From positions 62,001 through 126,000 of the forward strand of contig JASTWF010000148.1 in assembly GCA_030390025.1 (NCBI GenBank): a DNA stretch of 64,000 bases, written 5' to 3'. The DNA is from Squalus acanthias (lineage: Eukaryota). A program made the position numbers and the translations under genes. The notes beneath the pieces were generated by a model. The model was given only the letters and a program-made list of their open reading frames with translations. It was not told the DNA's origin and did not search any database. This document shows positions 50,071 through 62,861 of the stretch, piece after piece (position 1 is the stretch's first letter; each line of letters opens with the position of its first letter).

Positions 50071-50493
50071 ATGTGCTCCCCATGTTCCTTACTGATAATA
50101 ATGGTCGTGCTGCCCGGTGAGTCTATGTGGAAAGGATCAGTGTGTGTTCCATGGGTTATATTTACTGACCGACTTTTGATGCATTTTGTATTTTGATACA
50201 GGAACGAGTGGCGAAGACTCAGTGTCCCAGAATCTGTCTGAATTAACGATTCAGGAAGGGCAGACCATAATACTGAACTGCAGTTACTCCACATCCGATA
50301 ACTTTCCCTATCTCTTCTGGATTAGCCAGTACCCCGGGGAAGCTCCGAGATATTTACTGAAGAGATACAGCAAGGGGCAGGAGAATAAGTCTCCAGATTT
50401 CCAAAACCGGTTCTCTGCTGATTTGGACCAAGGGAAGAAAACGGTTCTTTTAAATGTCTCTGACTCTGCCGTGTATCACTGTGCGCTGCGCCC
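50071..50493 (+). CDS. TRAV: TCR alpha/delta V segment, open frame but 5-aa deletion in FR3 (leader 50071-50116, V exon 50202-50493)
   Basis: Leader MCSPCSLLIIMVVLP|GTGAGT; EDSVSQ, EGQTIILNC, LFWISQYP, RFSA, LNVS-DSAVYHCALR (lacks GALVS seen in the paralog at 61 kb). Confidence 0.85.
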
Positions 50494-50532
50494 CACACTG
50501 TTACATGGGCGCAGTCAGTCCGTACAAAAACC
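50494..50532 (+). other. 23-RSS
   Basis: CACACTG - 23 nt - ACAAAAACC. Confidence 0.92.
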
Positions 50533-51101
50533 AGCAAAGGACTCCGATCCCTACTCAATGAATCAGATTTGGGACCTAGATTGTGACCTGATAATAGAAC
50601 GGGAACCAAACTATAAAGACCAGTTTTACCGAATGACCAGTTTCTGTGCTGCAGACTCTATGTCATTCTACGTAATATCGCCCTTTATATCGGCAGTGAG
50701 TAGTTCTCGTGCTCAGTCAGCAACTCTTTTAATTGGACGCTCTCGCACTGAACAATATGAACTATTTCCCTTCACTGCCCACACCTCAGAGATTGACCTG
50801 TTAATGGGCCAACATTGGGTTTAATACCCGTCTAATTCTCTGTTATGAGGAGAACAATTTCACCTCGTTCTCCGCTCCCCGCTCTGACGTCAGGAACTGG
50901 AGAAAAAAGGACCTTTGAGCTGATTGGATGAATTGGAGAACATATGACACCTGAGCTGATTAGATTTCACGTGTCGACTCTGACAGGAATGAGCCAATCG
51001 GCAGAAAGACCGGAAATTACTCAACATCTTCCCAACTCTTGACTAAAACAATTACAGGTTCAACCCGTTCTGTTCAAATCCGCCATCAACTCTCTGTAAA
51101 C

Positions 51102-53134
51102 ATGTTGTTTCTTTCCGTTCATTCATTCGTCACAAATGCAGCTCTCTTAAATGGTAAGTTTACACATTACGCAATCTTCCTCTTGCAGGTGTCACGAATA
51201 TAGTGTATCTTCTATTTAACTGTGTTTGATATTTCCAGTACAGCTACAGCACTGGCATCTATCCGACAATGTGGAAAACTGCCCAGGTATGTCCTGTCCA
51301 GAAAAAGCAGGAAAAATCCAACCCGGCCAATTGCTGCCCCATCAGTCTACTCTCAATCATCAGCAAAGTGATGGAAGTTGTCATCGACAGTGCTAACAAG
51401 TGGCTCTTACACACCAATAACCTGCTCACTGATGCTCAGTTTGGGTTCCGACAAGACCACTCGGCTCCCGACCTCATTACAGCATTGGTCCAAACATGGA
51501 CAAAGGAGCTGAATTCCAGAGGCGAGGTGAGGTAAGAGAAACTGCCCTTGGCATCAAGGCAGCATTTGAACGAGTCTGGCATCAAGGAGCCCGAGTAAAA
51601 CTGAAGTCAATGGGAATCAGGGGGAAAACGCTCCACTGGCTGGAGTCATACCTAGCACAAAGGAAGATGGTTGCGGTGGTTGAAGGTCAATCATCACAGC
51701 CCAGGGACATCGCTGCAGGAGTTCCTCAGGGCAGTGTCCTAGGCCCACCCATCTTCAGCTGCTTCATCAATGACCTTCCCTCCAACATAAGGTCAGAAAT
51801 GGGGATGTTCGCTGATGACTGCACAGTGTTCAGCGCCATTCACAACTCCTCAGATAATGAAGCAGCCCATGCCCGCATGCAACAAGACCTGGATGACGTT
51901 CAGGCTTGAGCTGACAAGTGGCAGGTATCATTCAGGCAACAGAAGTGCCAGGCAATGACTATCTCCAACAAGCGAGAGTCTAACCTACTCCCCTTGACAT
52001 TCAATGGCATTACCATCGCCGAATCCCCCACTATCAACATCCTGGGAGTCACCATTAAACAGAAACTTAACTGGACCAGCCACATAAATACTGTGGCAAA
52101 AAGAGCAGGTCAGAGGCTAGGTATTCTGCGGCGAGTGTCTCACCTCCTGACTCCCCAAAGCCTTTCCGCCATCTACAAGGCACAAGTAAGGAGTTTGATG
52201 GAATATTCTCCACTTGCCTGGATGATTGCAGCTCCAACAACACTCAAGAAGCTTGACATCATCCAGGACAAAGCAGTCCGCTTGATTGGCACGCCATCCA
52301 CCACCTTATATATTCACTCCCTCCACCACCGGCGTAACGTGGCTGCAGTGTGTATCATCTACAAGATGCACTGCAGCAACTCGCCAAGGCTTCATCGGCA
52401 GCACCTCCAAACCCGCGACCTCTTCCACCTAGAAGGACAAGGGCAGAAGGCGCATGGGAACACCACCACCTCCAAGTTCACCTCCAAGTCACACACCATC
52501 CTGACTTGGAAGTTCATCGGCGATCCTTGATCGTCGCTGGGTCAAAATCCTAGAACTCCCTCCCTAACAGCATTGTGGGAGTACCTTCACCACACGGACT
52601 GCAGCGGTTCAAGAAGGCAGCTCACCACCACCTTCTCAAGGGCAACTAGGGATGGGCAATAAATGCTGGCCTTGCCAGCGACGCCCACATCCCACAAACG
52701 AATAAAAAAATGTATTCCGTCACCTTTACATTAGTTATAATAAAATTACAGTAAGAGCTTACAGTTCTGTATTTCTAAATTTCTGCAGGTGTTAGTGGTG
52801 CGGACTCGGTCTCCCAGGGGCCGATTACAGCGATGCCGTTTGAAGGAGACTCGGTGACCATTAATTACAGCTATTCTACCACTGCTTATTTCTGTTCCTT
52901 ACAACTGTATCGTCAGGACCGCCACAAAGGCCCCACATTCTTGATCTACATCTTTTCTGGTGGGGATGTTTTCAAAGCAGAGGGGGCGGGGGCTTGATTT
53001 TCTGCATCTTTGGACACTTCGAAAAGTGAGGGGAATTTCACCATCGGCGGCCTGCGGCTGTCTGACAGCGCGGTGTATCACTGCGGGCTGAGAGACACAG
53101 TGACAGGAACCAGAGGGAGCCTCGTACAAACACA
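51102..53134 (+). pseudogene. TCR V pseudogene (leader 51102-51153, V exon 52789-53095) with LINE in intron
   Basis: ADSVSQ, EGDSVTINY (Cys to Tyr), LQLYRQ (Trp lost), in-frame TGA before FSA, DSAVYHCGLR; RSS CACAGTG(53096-53102)-23-ACAAACACA. Confidence 0.88.
51240..52710 (+). mobile_element. CR1/L2-group LINE 3' portion in V intron
   Basis: GVPQGSVLGP, MFADD, YKAQVRS; 3' AATAAA(A)n; second copy at 62862-63615 (-). Confidence 0.85.
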
Positions 53135-54379
53135 CTGCCGGAACATGACGAGGTCAGCGGGATAGCGGGCAGTGTGGAGAGAAACGGGAACTTTCTAAAC
53201 TTGTGACCAGAAGGTGCTGATTTAAAATACACCCAAATAAACAGCAAACCGAGAGCAACAGATAGGCATTGGGGAAACTTTCCTCTGGTGCTTCTGGGTT
53301 GAATACAACCTGAACATAGTGAAAAGATGTGTTTAGAGAATTTATACCAGTTCATAAATTAAAGATATTGCGGCAGAAACATTGCCCAAACAATTGTGAC
53401 ATTGTGCTCCAGCCGTTCAAGGAGCTGTACACACCAACCCAGCGGCAGGTCGATAACATCGAGGGAACGCGCTGATTGTGCGCAGGAAGTTGGATCAAAA
53501 ACATTGTTGTATTTAAATAAAGCCTTATCCAGTGTGTTCAGATTCCCCAAAGCGCTTCTGGTGTGTGGTCAAGCAATCATTAAGTTACACAATTAGACTG
53601 ATTTGTATGTGAATAAACCACCTATCATGGATACTATAGCAAAATACTGTGGATGCTGGAAATCCGAAATAACAACAGAAAACGCTGGAAAAACTCAGCA
53701 GGCCAGGCAACATCCGTGGAGAGAGAAACAGAGTTAACGTTTCAGGTCGAAGACCCTTCGTCAGAACTTGAAAAAAGCAGGAAATGAAATAGATTTAAAG
53801 CAAGTATAAAGCTGGGAAAAGGGGGAGGGGATGAAAGAACAAAAGGAGAGATTAAGAGACATTGAGAGACATTAAGAGATAATCAAGGCAAATAACCTAT
53901 CATGGTTATTTGGTTTCATTTAAATTTTGAAACTTTTTTATTGGTTTTACTAGCATCATCTTTTCTAACAAGCACAATTTATTTCTTTTTTAAGCTGTAA
54001 TTGCCAGTATACGTAGAAATTCAGCTTTCTTATTTTTATCAGGTGTTTTCTTGTGAAGAGTCGGTCCCGGAGCACCGCGTGCAATGTTTGGGTCACCCAC
54101 CAGGGGGCGGCAGGACCCCAGCCTTTCCCTTCAGTGAAGTCCCAGCCCTCCATTAGGGCAGCCCCTTTGTTTGCTGCATCAAATCATTCAAGTTAGTCAA
54201 CTGAATATGGCCAACCAGTTGGCTGCCGGGACTTCCTGCAATGGAAAAGAAGTATTGTGAAAGTCAAACTGCTGGTGTGAAGATCTGGAACATAGAGGAC
54301 CCGTCAAGTCAGCAAATTGGCACAATATTTGTTTAAAAAGCAAGATGATTACACAGAGAATTTTATATAACTTTATTGA

Positions 54380-54671
54380 ACCACCACTGACGGTGAAGGA
54401 AGGGGAGCGGATACAATGATCAGTGTGAGGCGATGTCAGTAACGTGTTGAATACACCCCCGGAGATGATCTTGTGGAGAAGTTCCAGCAACAGTCGGGGA
54501 AAAGCAAAACATATTGGGAATCGCTTCACTTCTGAATTAAACACATCCTCAATATTGTCTATTTTAACCGTCACTGATCTCCAGCTTAGTGACACGGTGC
54601 TGTACATCTGTGGATTCGCCCCATCGCTTCGACACAGTGATATAACCTAGTCCTCCTCTCGTACAAAAACT
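54380..54671 (+). pseudogene. Degenerate TCR V pseudogene with well-preserved 23-RSS
   Basis: LTVKEGE, then no Cys/WYxQ, then PEMIL...GNRFTSEL...LQLSDTVLYIC; RSS CACAGTG(54633-54639)-23-ACAAAAACT(54663-54671). Confidence 0.82.
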
Positions 54672-54754
54672 GCCTGCGGTCTGTTTTTGTGGAGGATGAG
54701 TTTCAGTGCGGTCAGATAAAGCTGCAACACAGAGTTCAATTCCTGTGGGCTGAA

Positions 54755-55410
54755 TCATTGAATCATACAGCACAGAAGGAGGCCATTCGGCAATGGTGCC
54801 TGTGCCAGCTATCCAATTAGTGCAATTCCCCGTTTTTCTTACCCATAGCCCTGCAATTTGTTCCATTTCAAGTATATATCCAATTCCCTTTTGCATGTTA
54901 CTATTGAATCTGCTCCGACCACGCTTTCAGGCAATGCATTACAGATCGTAACAACTCATTGCCTAAACAAATTTCTCCTCTTCTCCCCTTTATTTGCCAA
55001 TTATCTTAAATCTGTGTCCTCCAGTTACCGACCCTCGTGTCAGTGGAAAAAGTATCTCGCTGTCTACTCTATCAAAACTGCTCATAATTTTGAACACCTA
55101 TTAAATCTCCTTTCAACTTTCTCTGCTCTAATGAGAACAAACCCTGTTTCTCCAGTCTCTCCACGTAACTGAAGTCTTTCATCCCTGGTATAATTCTAGT
55201 AAATCTCCTCTGCACCCTCTCTAATGCCTTGACATCCTTCCGAAAGTGTGGTGCACATAATTGGACACAATACTCCAGCTGAGGCCTAAGAAATGATTTA
55301 TAAAGGTTTAGTATAACTTCGTTGCTTTTGTACTCCATGCCTCTATTTATAAAGTCCAGAATGCCATATGTTTGTTTTTAACAGCCTCATCACCTTCAAA
55401 GACTTGTGTA
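54755..55410 (-). mobile_element. CR1/HER1 3' fragment
   Basis: RPQLEYCVQ, QRRFTRII. Confidence 0.85.
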
Positions 55411-57002
55411 TGAAATAGCCAGAGGAGACCGCTAGATGGCGGGCGAACAGCTGAGTGCAAATTCTTCCCATGGGGCATCTCACCAAGTGGAGCTGGAGAT
55501 TTGGGAGAAAAGGAAAATTAAATGACCCGCGCCGAGGAAGGTGGCTGACAGGTAGGACTTAAGAGGGAGGCATTTGGTTTCCTCTTCAATTTATATTGAG
55601 CTACCTGCAGTTTTTCGCTCAGTCTCCATGGAGGTACAGATACAACGGCGGCAAACCAGTGCCACCAAATACCCAGGCTGCAGGGTGCCTTCTCTCATGT
55701 TGCATTCAAGAGAACATAAAATTAAACCAAAAATACAGAAGCGAAGTTAAGCGTTGATAACATTTTGTTTCCTTCTCCCACCACGCTTGTTGACAAGCTC
55801 CACATCTTTCTCACACAAAGGGTAAGCGGAAATCTGTAATTTTCAACCCCAAAAGACTGTGGATGCTGGGGGACAATTGGAGCTTCCAAGGCTGAGATAG
55901 ATAGAGTTTTATTGGGTAAGGGTATTGAGGGATATGGAGCAAAGGCGGGTAAATGGGGTTGAGGTGCAGATCAGCCTTGATCCAATTGAATGGCGGAACA
56001 GGTGCAAGGGTCTGAATTGCCTCCTCCTGTTCCTGTGGAAGGGTATCGGGGAATCTGAAGCCAGCCGAGTAGATGGTGTTGGGCTGGAGATTAACTATGA
56101 TCTGATTGAATGCCGAAACAAGTTTATGTGGCCGAGTGGCCTCCTCCTGTTCCTATATGCCAGCTTCGGCGGCGCGGAGTGTCATGATCGGTCCCAGGAC
56201 GGGGGCAGCACTCGCCCAGTGAGCACCGTTCATCCTTCGGCTCGGTTTCATTTTCAAAACTGAGGCCGGGCGCTCCTCAGGGAAAGAATGTCCGTGAGTG
56301 AAACTAACGGGAGCTAAAAGTGAAAAGTAGAACTCGAAACAAATACTTAGAAAGGCGGTTCGATTATATATATATGTATATCATGACATTTACAGATTCG
56401 CTGCTCCAAGCGGCCGATTTGACTCTTATCCCCACGTCCCCCCTCCACCCCCAGATGGGGGAAGATATGAATCTCCCGCTCCCAGGATCTGCCCGCCTCC
56501 ACCGTGGAAAGGCTCCAGATAATAACTGGTTCGGCTTTGATAGAATTTCTTTTTAATGAGTTGGCTTCACGACATTAAATATCCGCGGGTTAAAGTAACA
56601 TGTAGAAATAAAATCACAAAAACAGGCAGAATATGGGAACCAGATCCTCTCCTTTTACCGGAGCGACCAGCAGGAAGTTCCTGGCGCTGTCAGCAACCTC
56701 TTTCTCGGAGCTGATCTGAACATCGATCCATGACTTTAAGGGGAAACAGCTGATCAGAAGCAGAAAGGACAGTTTAACCGGTCGGTTCATTCTGTGATCG
56801 ATCTTTCGGGCCGATTGGATTCTGCAGTTTGTTTTCTCGGCCGCTCCTGGAAACAGTTGGGTGACAGTTTGATCCGAGGTTAATTTGGTTTCCTCTCGGT
56901 GTGTGTTTGAGCGCCTGACAGCGCGCTGCACATTGTGGCTGCATCTGCCCGCGATTCCACACAACCCCAACAGACAGGAGCTCCGCCATACAGTCCAATG
57001 GC

Positions 57003-57497
57003 AGTTTTTGTACGGGAGTGAAACTGCTTTCCATCATTGTGAGTCTCAGGTCGCAGTAATACACGGCAGCGTCAGTCAGCTGCAGCCCGAAAATGGTTAA
57101 ACTGGTGAATTTAGTCGAGGTCTGGAGCTGAGCAGAGAAACGGATTCCGAAACCTTCTCCTTTCTCTTCCTGTGTAATGCCAAGACCGTCTCCTGATTAC
57201 AAACTGGGGCTCCTTCTCTGGTTGGTGCCGGTACCAATATAAATAATACATGTTTTCTGTGGTATTGTAGGTACATCTTATAGTCACCGCTTCAGCTTCT
57301 CTCCTGCTGACTGAAGTCTGGGACTGAGTAACAGAATCTCCATCACTCTGATCTGTAACATGTGTTTAGGAACAAGATAAGACCGAGCATTAAAAGCTGA
57401 AATAATATTAACACTTTAGTATGAAAACGACATGATTGCATTCATCCTTACCAACAATAAACACCATAAACACAACCCAGGCGCTGAATAGCCGCAT
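57003..57497 (-). pseudogene. TCR V segment with single frameshift in CDR2 (leader 57497-57452, V exon 57352-57042)
   Basis: Leader MRLFSAWVVFMVFIV|GTAAGG; GDSVTQ...VTIRC...LYWYRHQP, frameshift near 57170, then RFSA...DAAVYYCDLR; RSS CACAATG-23-ACAAAAACT; same family as V at 38014. Confidence 0.88.
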
Positions 57498-58563
57498 GGC
57501 CGCTGCCAAGCCAGAACCTGTCGGTCCGGTGAAAAGCCCAATCTTGAACCGGAATAGACCCCTTCAGAGGCTTCTATTGGTTCACCGTCACTTCCTGGTC
57601 TCATTGTTTCCCTCCAATGCCGCAGTCTCCAATCCACCCGCCGATATATTCAGTTGAGATTCAAATGAGGGCCATGGGTCACCTGAAGGCCTTTGAGTCA
57701 CAGTTTAAACTATTTGAGGTTGGAATTCGTTACTCAGTGAGCCGAATCTGTGGTGTGAAGAAAGCTTCAGCTTTGCTGACGTTTGGGGATTTATTTACTG
57801 GGCCCGAATCGGTCACACTGAGTGTTTGTTTAATTTCTGTCGGTGTGTGACGGCTCACCGAGAGCATTAGCTTCATTCTCCTGTTTCATTTGTGTTCACA
57901 CTGAACTATCCACTCTGGGTGGTAGATTTCCTCTGCTCGCTATTTCTACCCAAACAGGTAACGCATTTACGATTTCGCTAAAGCACCAACCGTGGAGATT
58001 TCCACTGAGAGACCAGAGAAAATCTTCCGCTTGTGTGCCTCCAGGAGAAGGTTATTCAAACCCGACCGCCCCCCCCCTCCGCCCCCGTCAACCACCTCGG
58101 TCTGATTAGTGACAGTAAGTGAAATAAACTGAACATCTTCATCTGCATTGAAACCGATATTTGTCACCGAGATAATAACTTACCGCCATCAAGTGACCCA
58201 GACAGACCGCTGTCCATCTATTTGCCAGTCATCAGCCTTGTTACCTCTATAAAGGCCTCTCACTCATCTGCCTGAATTTTGTACATACACATTACATATT
58301 TATTATTAACAAAGATAAATATGTATTAAAATAAACAGTTTAAGCTCCAATCTACAAGTACTAGCTGTCAGCTGTGGCTCAGTTGTGTTTATCTAGTTTC
58401 CCCCAAACACTGTTCAGTGTTGCGTCAAGGATGTTCCAGATGGTTTTCTTCACTTCGTATCAACCTATTGATATTCTTGTGTTCAGGCAACTGACCGATT
58501 AAATATAATGTATGATACAGAGGTGAAATACAGTATTGTAAACTTGTAAACTTGTAAACTTAC

Positions 58564-58615
58564 CAGTTAAGAGAGCTGCAGCTGTGACGAATGAATACAA
58601 AGTAACAGCCAACAT
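58564..58615 (-). pseudogene. Orphan TCR V leader exon (no matching V exon seen)
   Basis: MLAVTLYSFVTAAALLT|GTAAGT, paralogous to the leader at 51102-51153. Confidence 0.7.
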
Positions 58616-58755
58616 GTTTGCAGCGAGTTGCTGGCGGATTTGAACAAAACGGGTTGAACCTGAAATTGCTTTCGTCAAGAGCTGGGAAGATGCTGAGTAA
58701 TATCCGGCCTCTCGGCCGATTGGTTTATTCCTGACAGAGGCAGCAGATGGCATCA

Positions 58756-58904
58756 AATCAGCTCACAGCTCCTTTGTTCTCCAATTCATCCAATCAGCTC
58801 ACAGCTCCTTTATTCTCCAATTGATCGAATCAGCTCACAGCTCCTTTGTTCTCCAGTTCATCCAATCAGCTCACAGCTCCTTTGTTCTCCAATTCATGAC
58901 GTCA
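58756..58904 (-). promoter_or_regulatory. Putative V promoter: CRE (TGACGTCA) plus 4 x 36-bp tandem repeat
   Basis: TGACGTCA at 58897-58904; unit AATCAGCTCACAGCTCCTTTGTTCTCCAATTCATCC; paralogous CRE at 50885-50892. CRE-like motifs are typical of TCR V promoters. Confidence 0.55.
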
Positions 58905-58924
58905 AAGCGGGCAGCGGGGAACGA

Positions 58925-59427
58925 GTAAGACCCGCTTTTAAGAAGGTAAGTAGTGAATTAAGTATTCTTTTGAATTTTTTTTTACAGGTATATCTTTTTT
59001 AGAGACTTTAAAGACAGGTAAGTTTATTTTTATAACTTTTTAAAAGATTTTAAATTTTTTCAAAAATTTAATTTTTTATTTAAAATGGTTAATTTAATTA
59101 ACTATACTTATTTTATTAATGTGATGGTTTTTTTTTTAATTTAATTGAGGTTTAGCTGTTATTTTGGGGGGGTGTAAGATTCATAGATTTCACCGGGTGC
59201 TGTGAAACTTATGAATGGAAGATGGTGTGCTGCCATTGGCTCTAACTGAGTCACGTGATCCCACAGCTCGCACGAATTCACTACGCCGCTGGGATACGCA
59301 AGCACTGCCCAGCTGATCGCTAGAACATGAATTTCGTGCGAGCTGGATCTGAAAAAGCACAAGCGAGGTGAGAGATCGCGGGAAAGCCTTACCCCCGCGG
59401 GAACAGAGCGAGATCAATTTCTGGGCC
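58925..59427. mobile_element. Third, truncated copy of the Harbinger-like element
   Basis: Matches 17395-17899; absent from the paralogous promoter at ~50860. Confidence 0.82.
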
Positions 59428-61023
59428 AAAATGTTCTCCTCGCAACAGAGAACTGGACCGGAATTAAACCCAATGTTGGCCCATTAACAGGGTCAATCTG
59501 GGAGGTGGACGCAGTGAATTGTAATAGTTAATGATGTTCTGTTATCAGTACCGGAGGCTCCCGTTAAAAGAGCTGCTCACTGACCATTAGAACCACCCAG
59601 TATAAAGGCGGTGTAGAGGTCCCGGGAGGATTTAAACACAGCGATGCGGTAAATGAGACAGACGCCGCCTTTGACATGAATGAAATGGGGCGTGACTGAC
59701 AGGTTTGAATAGGAGGGTACGAGCAGCCAATGGACTCAGTGATACTGGGAAGAGCTGTTTATTAAAAAATATATGCAGCATATTTTCATTAATAATATTT
59801 TAATACTTCATAATAATATTGAAAATAAAGCACAGCTTCCGTTTGAAATTAATACTTCTATTTCTGGAACTATTTCTTTACTCCGTTTCTTCAATAAACT
59901 CATTGAATAATGTTCTCAGTTTGTAACTCGTCCCATACGCTGAAACCAACAGTGAACACTTACGGGAACGGTAGCATAGTGGTTCTGTTACTGGACTAAT
60001 AATCCTGGATTAATAATCTGCAGACGTGAGTTCAAATCCCGACAGCAGGGGAATTTAAATTCAGTTAATTAAATAAATGTAGTATCAGTAATGATAATCA
60101 TAAAACTACTGGATTATCGTAAAAACCCATCTGGTTCACTAATGTCCTTTAGGGAAGGGAAATCTGCTGTCTGACCTGTAAGTGACTCCAAGCCCACATC
60201 CAATGAACGAATAAAAAACACATTTAGTTGCCACTGCCCTCTGATGGCAACTAAATGTCCGATTCCAAGTCCTGCCTTCGTACAGTTCACAAGATTATAG
60301 GATAATTCCGCATGGGAGAAGGAATTCTACCACTACTTAGTTTATCCATCCAGCAAGATCCTAACACCACAGCCCCTTCTCCTTCCCCGTTGTAATATCC
60401 ATTATTCCCAGGTGTATCGCTCGTTGTTCCATCTAGAAGCTGATTCCACGCATTTATCGCTCTGTGTCTGAAGAATTTCCTGATATCAGGCCTAAAATGA
60501 CCTTTCATATTTTGAGCCCGTGACCCCAAGTTCTAATTCCGAAGGTTAAGTTAAATTATATTCCGAGGTAACTGTTTTAGCCTCCTCACAATCTGATTTT
60601 CCTCTTGTCTTCACTGTAGTCGGTAACTCGGGGTTATTAAAGCGCCAGTTTCCAACTATCTCAACATTCAGCTCCCAAACTTACGAGAACAAACCCGTCA
60701 CTGAGCAGTGAAACAGACCGCGTTTGACACTCGCAGAACCTGCTGGCGGAATCCACACGGGCCGGGTTTTGTCTGCATGGGCTGGATACTTTCAGACAAA
60801 GGATCATTGAGATAGAAAGTGAGGATAGGGAGACTCTATTTATCTCTCTGTCTGTCTATCTACTTAGATATCCATCCAGCTATATATATTGATCTATCTT
60901 TTTATTTTTATAGTTTGGTTCTGTTGTATTGTCATAATCCAAGTCCCAGATCTGATTCAGTGAGAGGAGGTGAAAGTCCTTTGCTGGTTTTGAACGGACT
61001 GACTGCGCCCCTGTAACAGTGTG

Positions 61024-61461
61024 GGTTCAGCGCACAGAAATACACGGTAGAGACAGAGACAAGCGCCCCGGAGACATTTAAAGGAATCGTATTCTTGTCT
61101 TGGTCCAAGTCAGCAGAGAACCGGTCTGGGAAATCTGGAGACTTGTCTCCCGACACCGAGCGATATCGCTTCAGTAAATATCTCGGAGCTTCCCCGGGAT
61201 ACTGGATGTTCCAGAAGAGAGTTGAACCAGTGTACTCTGCCGAGTAACTACAGTTCAGTATTATGGTCTGTCCTTCCTGAGCCATTAATTCAGGCGGATC
61301 CTGGGACACTGAGTCTTTGCCACGCGTTCCTGCAAAAAAAATACAGAATGTGTGATAAGTCTGGGAATAAATAAAAGCCATGGAACACACACTGGCCCTT
61401 TAAACATGTACTCACCGGACAGCACGACAATTATTATCAGTAAAGAACATGGGGAGGACAT
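61024..61461 (-). CDS. TRAV: TCR alpha/delta V segment, open frame with degenerate nonamer (leader 61461-61416, V exon 61329-61024)
   Basis: Leader MSSPCSLLIIIVVLS|GTGAGT; KDSVSQ, EGQTIILNC, LFWNIQYP, DRFSA, VSTVYFCAL; RSS CACACTG(61023-61017)-23-TCAAAACCA; paralog of V at 50071. Confidence 0.85.
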
Positions 61462-61969
61462 GTTGTCTGGTTTAGAATTCGACAGAAAATAGCAGCTCGC
61501 GTTAAATATGTTGACCTTCTAGCCTGATATTAACGAGTAAACTCAGATCAGGGGCAAGATTCACTGATTAGGAAACTGAGGGGCGTTTCCCAGGGACAGG
61601 ATTGGCTGGTCTCTCAGAACTGATACCAGCTGTGCACCAATCAGTGTTAGTTGTGGACCAATTACTGATGTCTCCCTACAAATTCTTTCCATGCCGAGCT
61701 ATGTGTGTGAGTCTCCCTTTCGCTGTCCCTCTTTCTCTCCCTCTCTGTCGCTCTCTCTCTCTGTATCTCTATCACTTTGTCCCTCTCTCTCTCTCTCTGT
61801 CCCTCTCTCTCTCTCGTTCTCGATCTCCCTTTCTGAGTCTCTATCATTTTATCTCTCTATCTGTCTTTCTGTCTCTGTGTGTGTGTGTCTCTCTCTCTCT
61901 CCATCTATCTATCTCTCTGTTATCTGTTTTCATTCTGTTTCCATGGGTAACCAGGAATGTTTTCTGCAG

Positions 61970-62150
61970 GACTGAGTTCTGGAGACTCAGTTGAGCAGTG
62001 GCCAATCGAAGCCCAATCTGTGGAAGAAACCTCAATGAGCATTAATTGTAGTTATTCAACATCCCTAGCAAGCTATTACCTGGAGCTTTACCCTCAGAGC
62101 CAGAACAAGGCTCCCACTTTCGTAATTCAGACACATTCCTTTGGAAAGGG
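61970..62150 (+). pseudogene. 5' half of a TCR V pseudogene truncated by CR1 insertion, leaderless
   Basis: ttctgcag|GLSSGDSVEQWPIEAQSVEETSMSINCSYSTS...; close paralog of V at 45857-45563; CR1 begins ~62151. Confidence 0.85.
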
Positions 62151-62860
62151 TGAGGGACCTGGGAGTTAATGTGCAAAGGTCCCTGAAGGTGGCGGGACAT
62201 ATTGAGAGAGTGGTTAGCAAAGCATATGGGATCTTGGGTTTCATAAATAGAGGTATTGAGTATAAAAGTAGAGAAGTTATGCTGAATATTTATAAAGCGC
62301 TGGTTAGGCCACAACTGGTGTATTGCGTCCAGTTCTGGTCACCACACTTTAGGAAGGATGTGAAGGCCCTTGAGAGGGTGCAGAGGAGATTTACCAGAAT
62401 GGTTCCAGGGATGGGGGATCTTAGCTACAAGGACAGGTTGAAGAAGCTGGATTTGTTTTCATTAGAGCAAAGGAGGTGGAGGGGTGATTTGATTGAGGTG
62501 TACAAGATTATGACGGGTTTGGATAGGCTAGACGGGGAAAGGCTGTTCCCACTAGTTGATGGTACAAGGATTAGGGGACACAGATTTAAGCTTTTGGGCA
62601 AGAGATTCAGGGGGATGTGAGGGAAAACTTTTTACGCAGCGAGTGATGAGGACCTGGAACTCGCTGCCGACGGAAGTGGCGGAAGCGGACACATTCAATG
62701 TTTTCAAGGGGAGACTGGGTAGGCACTTGAGGGAAATAAACTTGCAGGGTTACGGGGATAGAGCGGGGGAATGGACTGACTGGATTGCTCTGCAGGGCCC
62801 CGGCACGGACTCGATGGGCCGAATGGCCTCCGTCTGTGCCGTTATGACTCTATGACTCTA
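62151..62860 (+). mobile_element. CR1/HER1 3' fragment interrupting a V segment
   Basis: RT C-terminal motifs and (ACTCTATG)n tail. Confidence 0.9.
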
Positions 62861-62861
62861 A

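Noticed and set aside
57795-58010. ESVTLS...GRF...FTIS V-like traces on plus strand
   Set aside because: No conserved Cys/Trp frame or RSS
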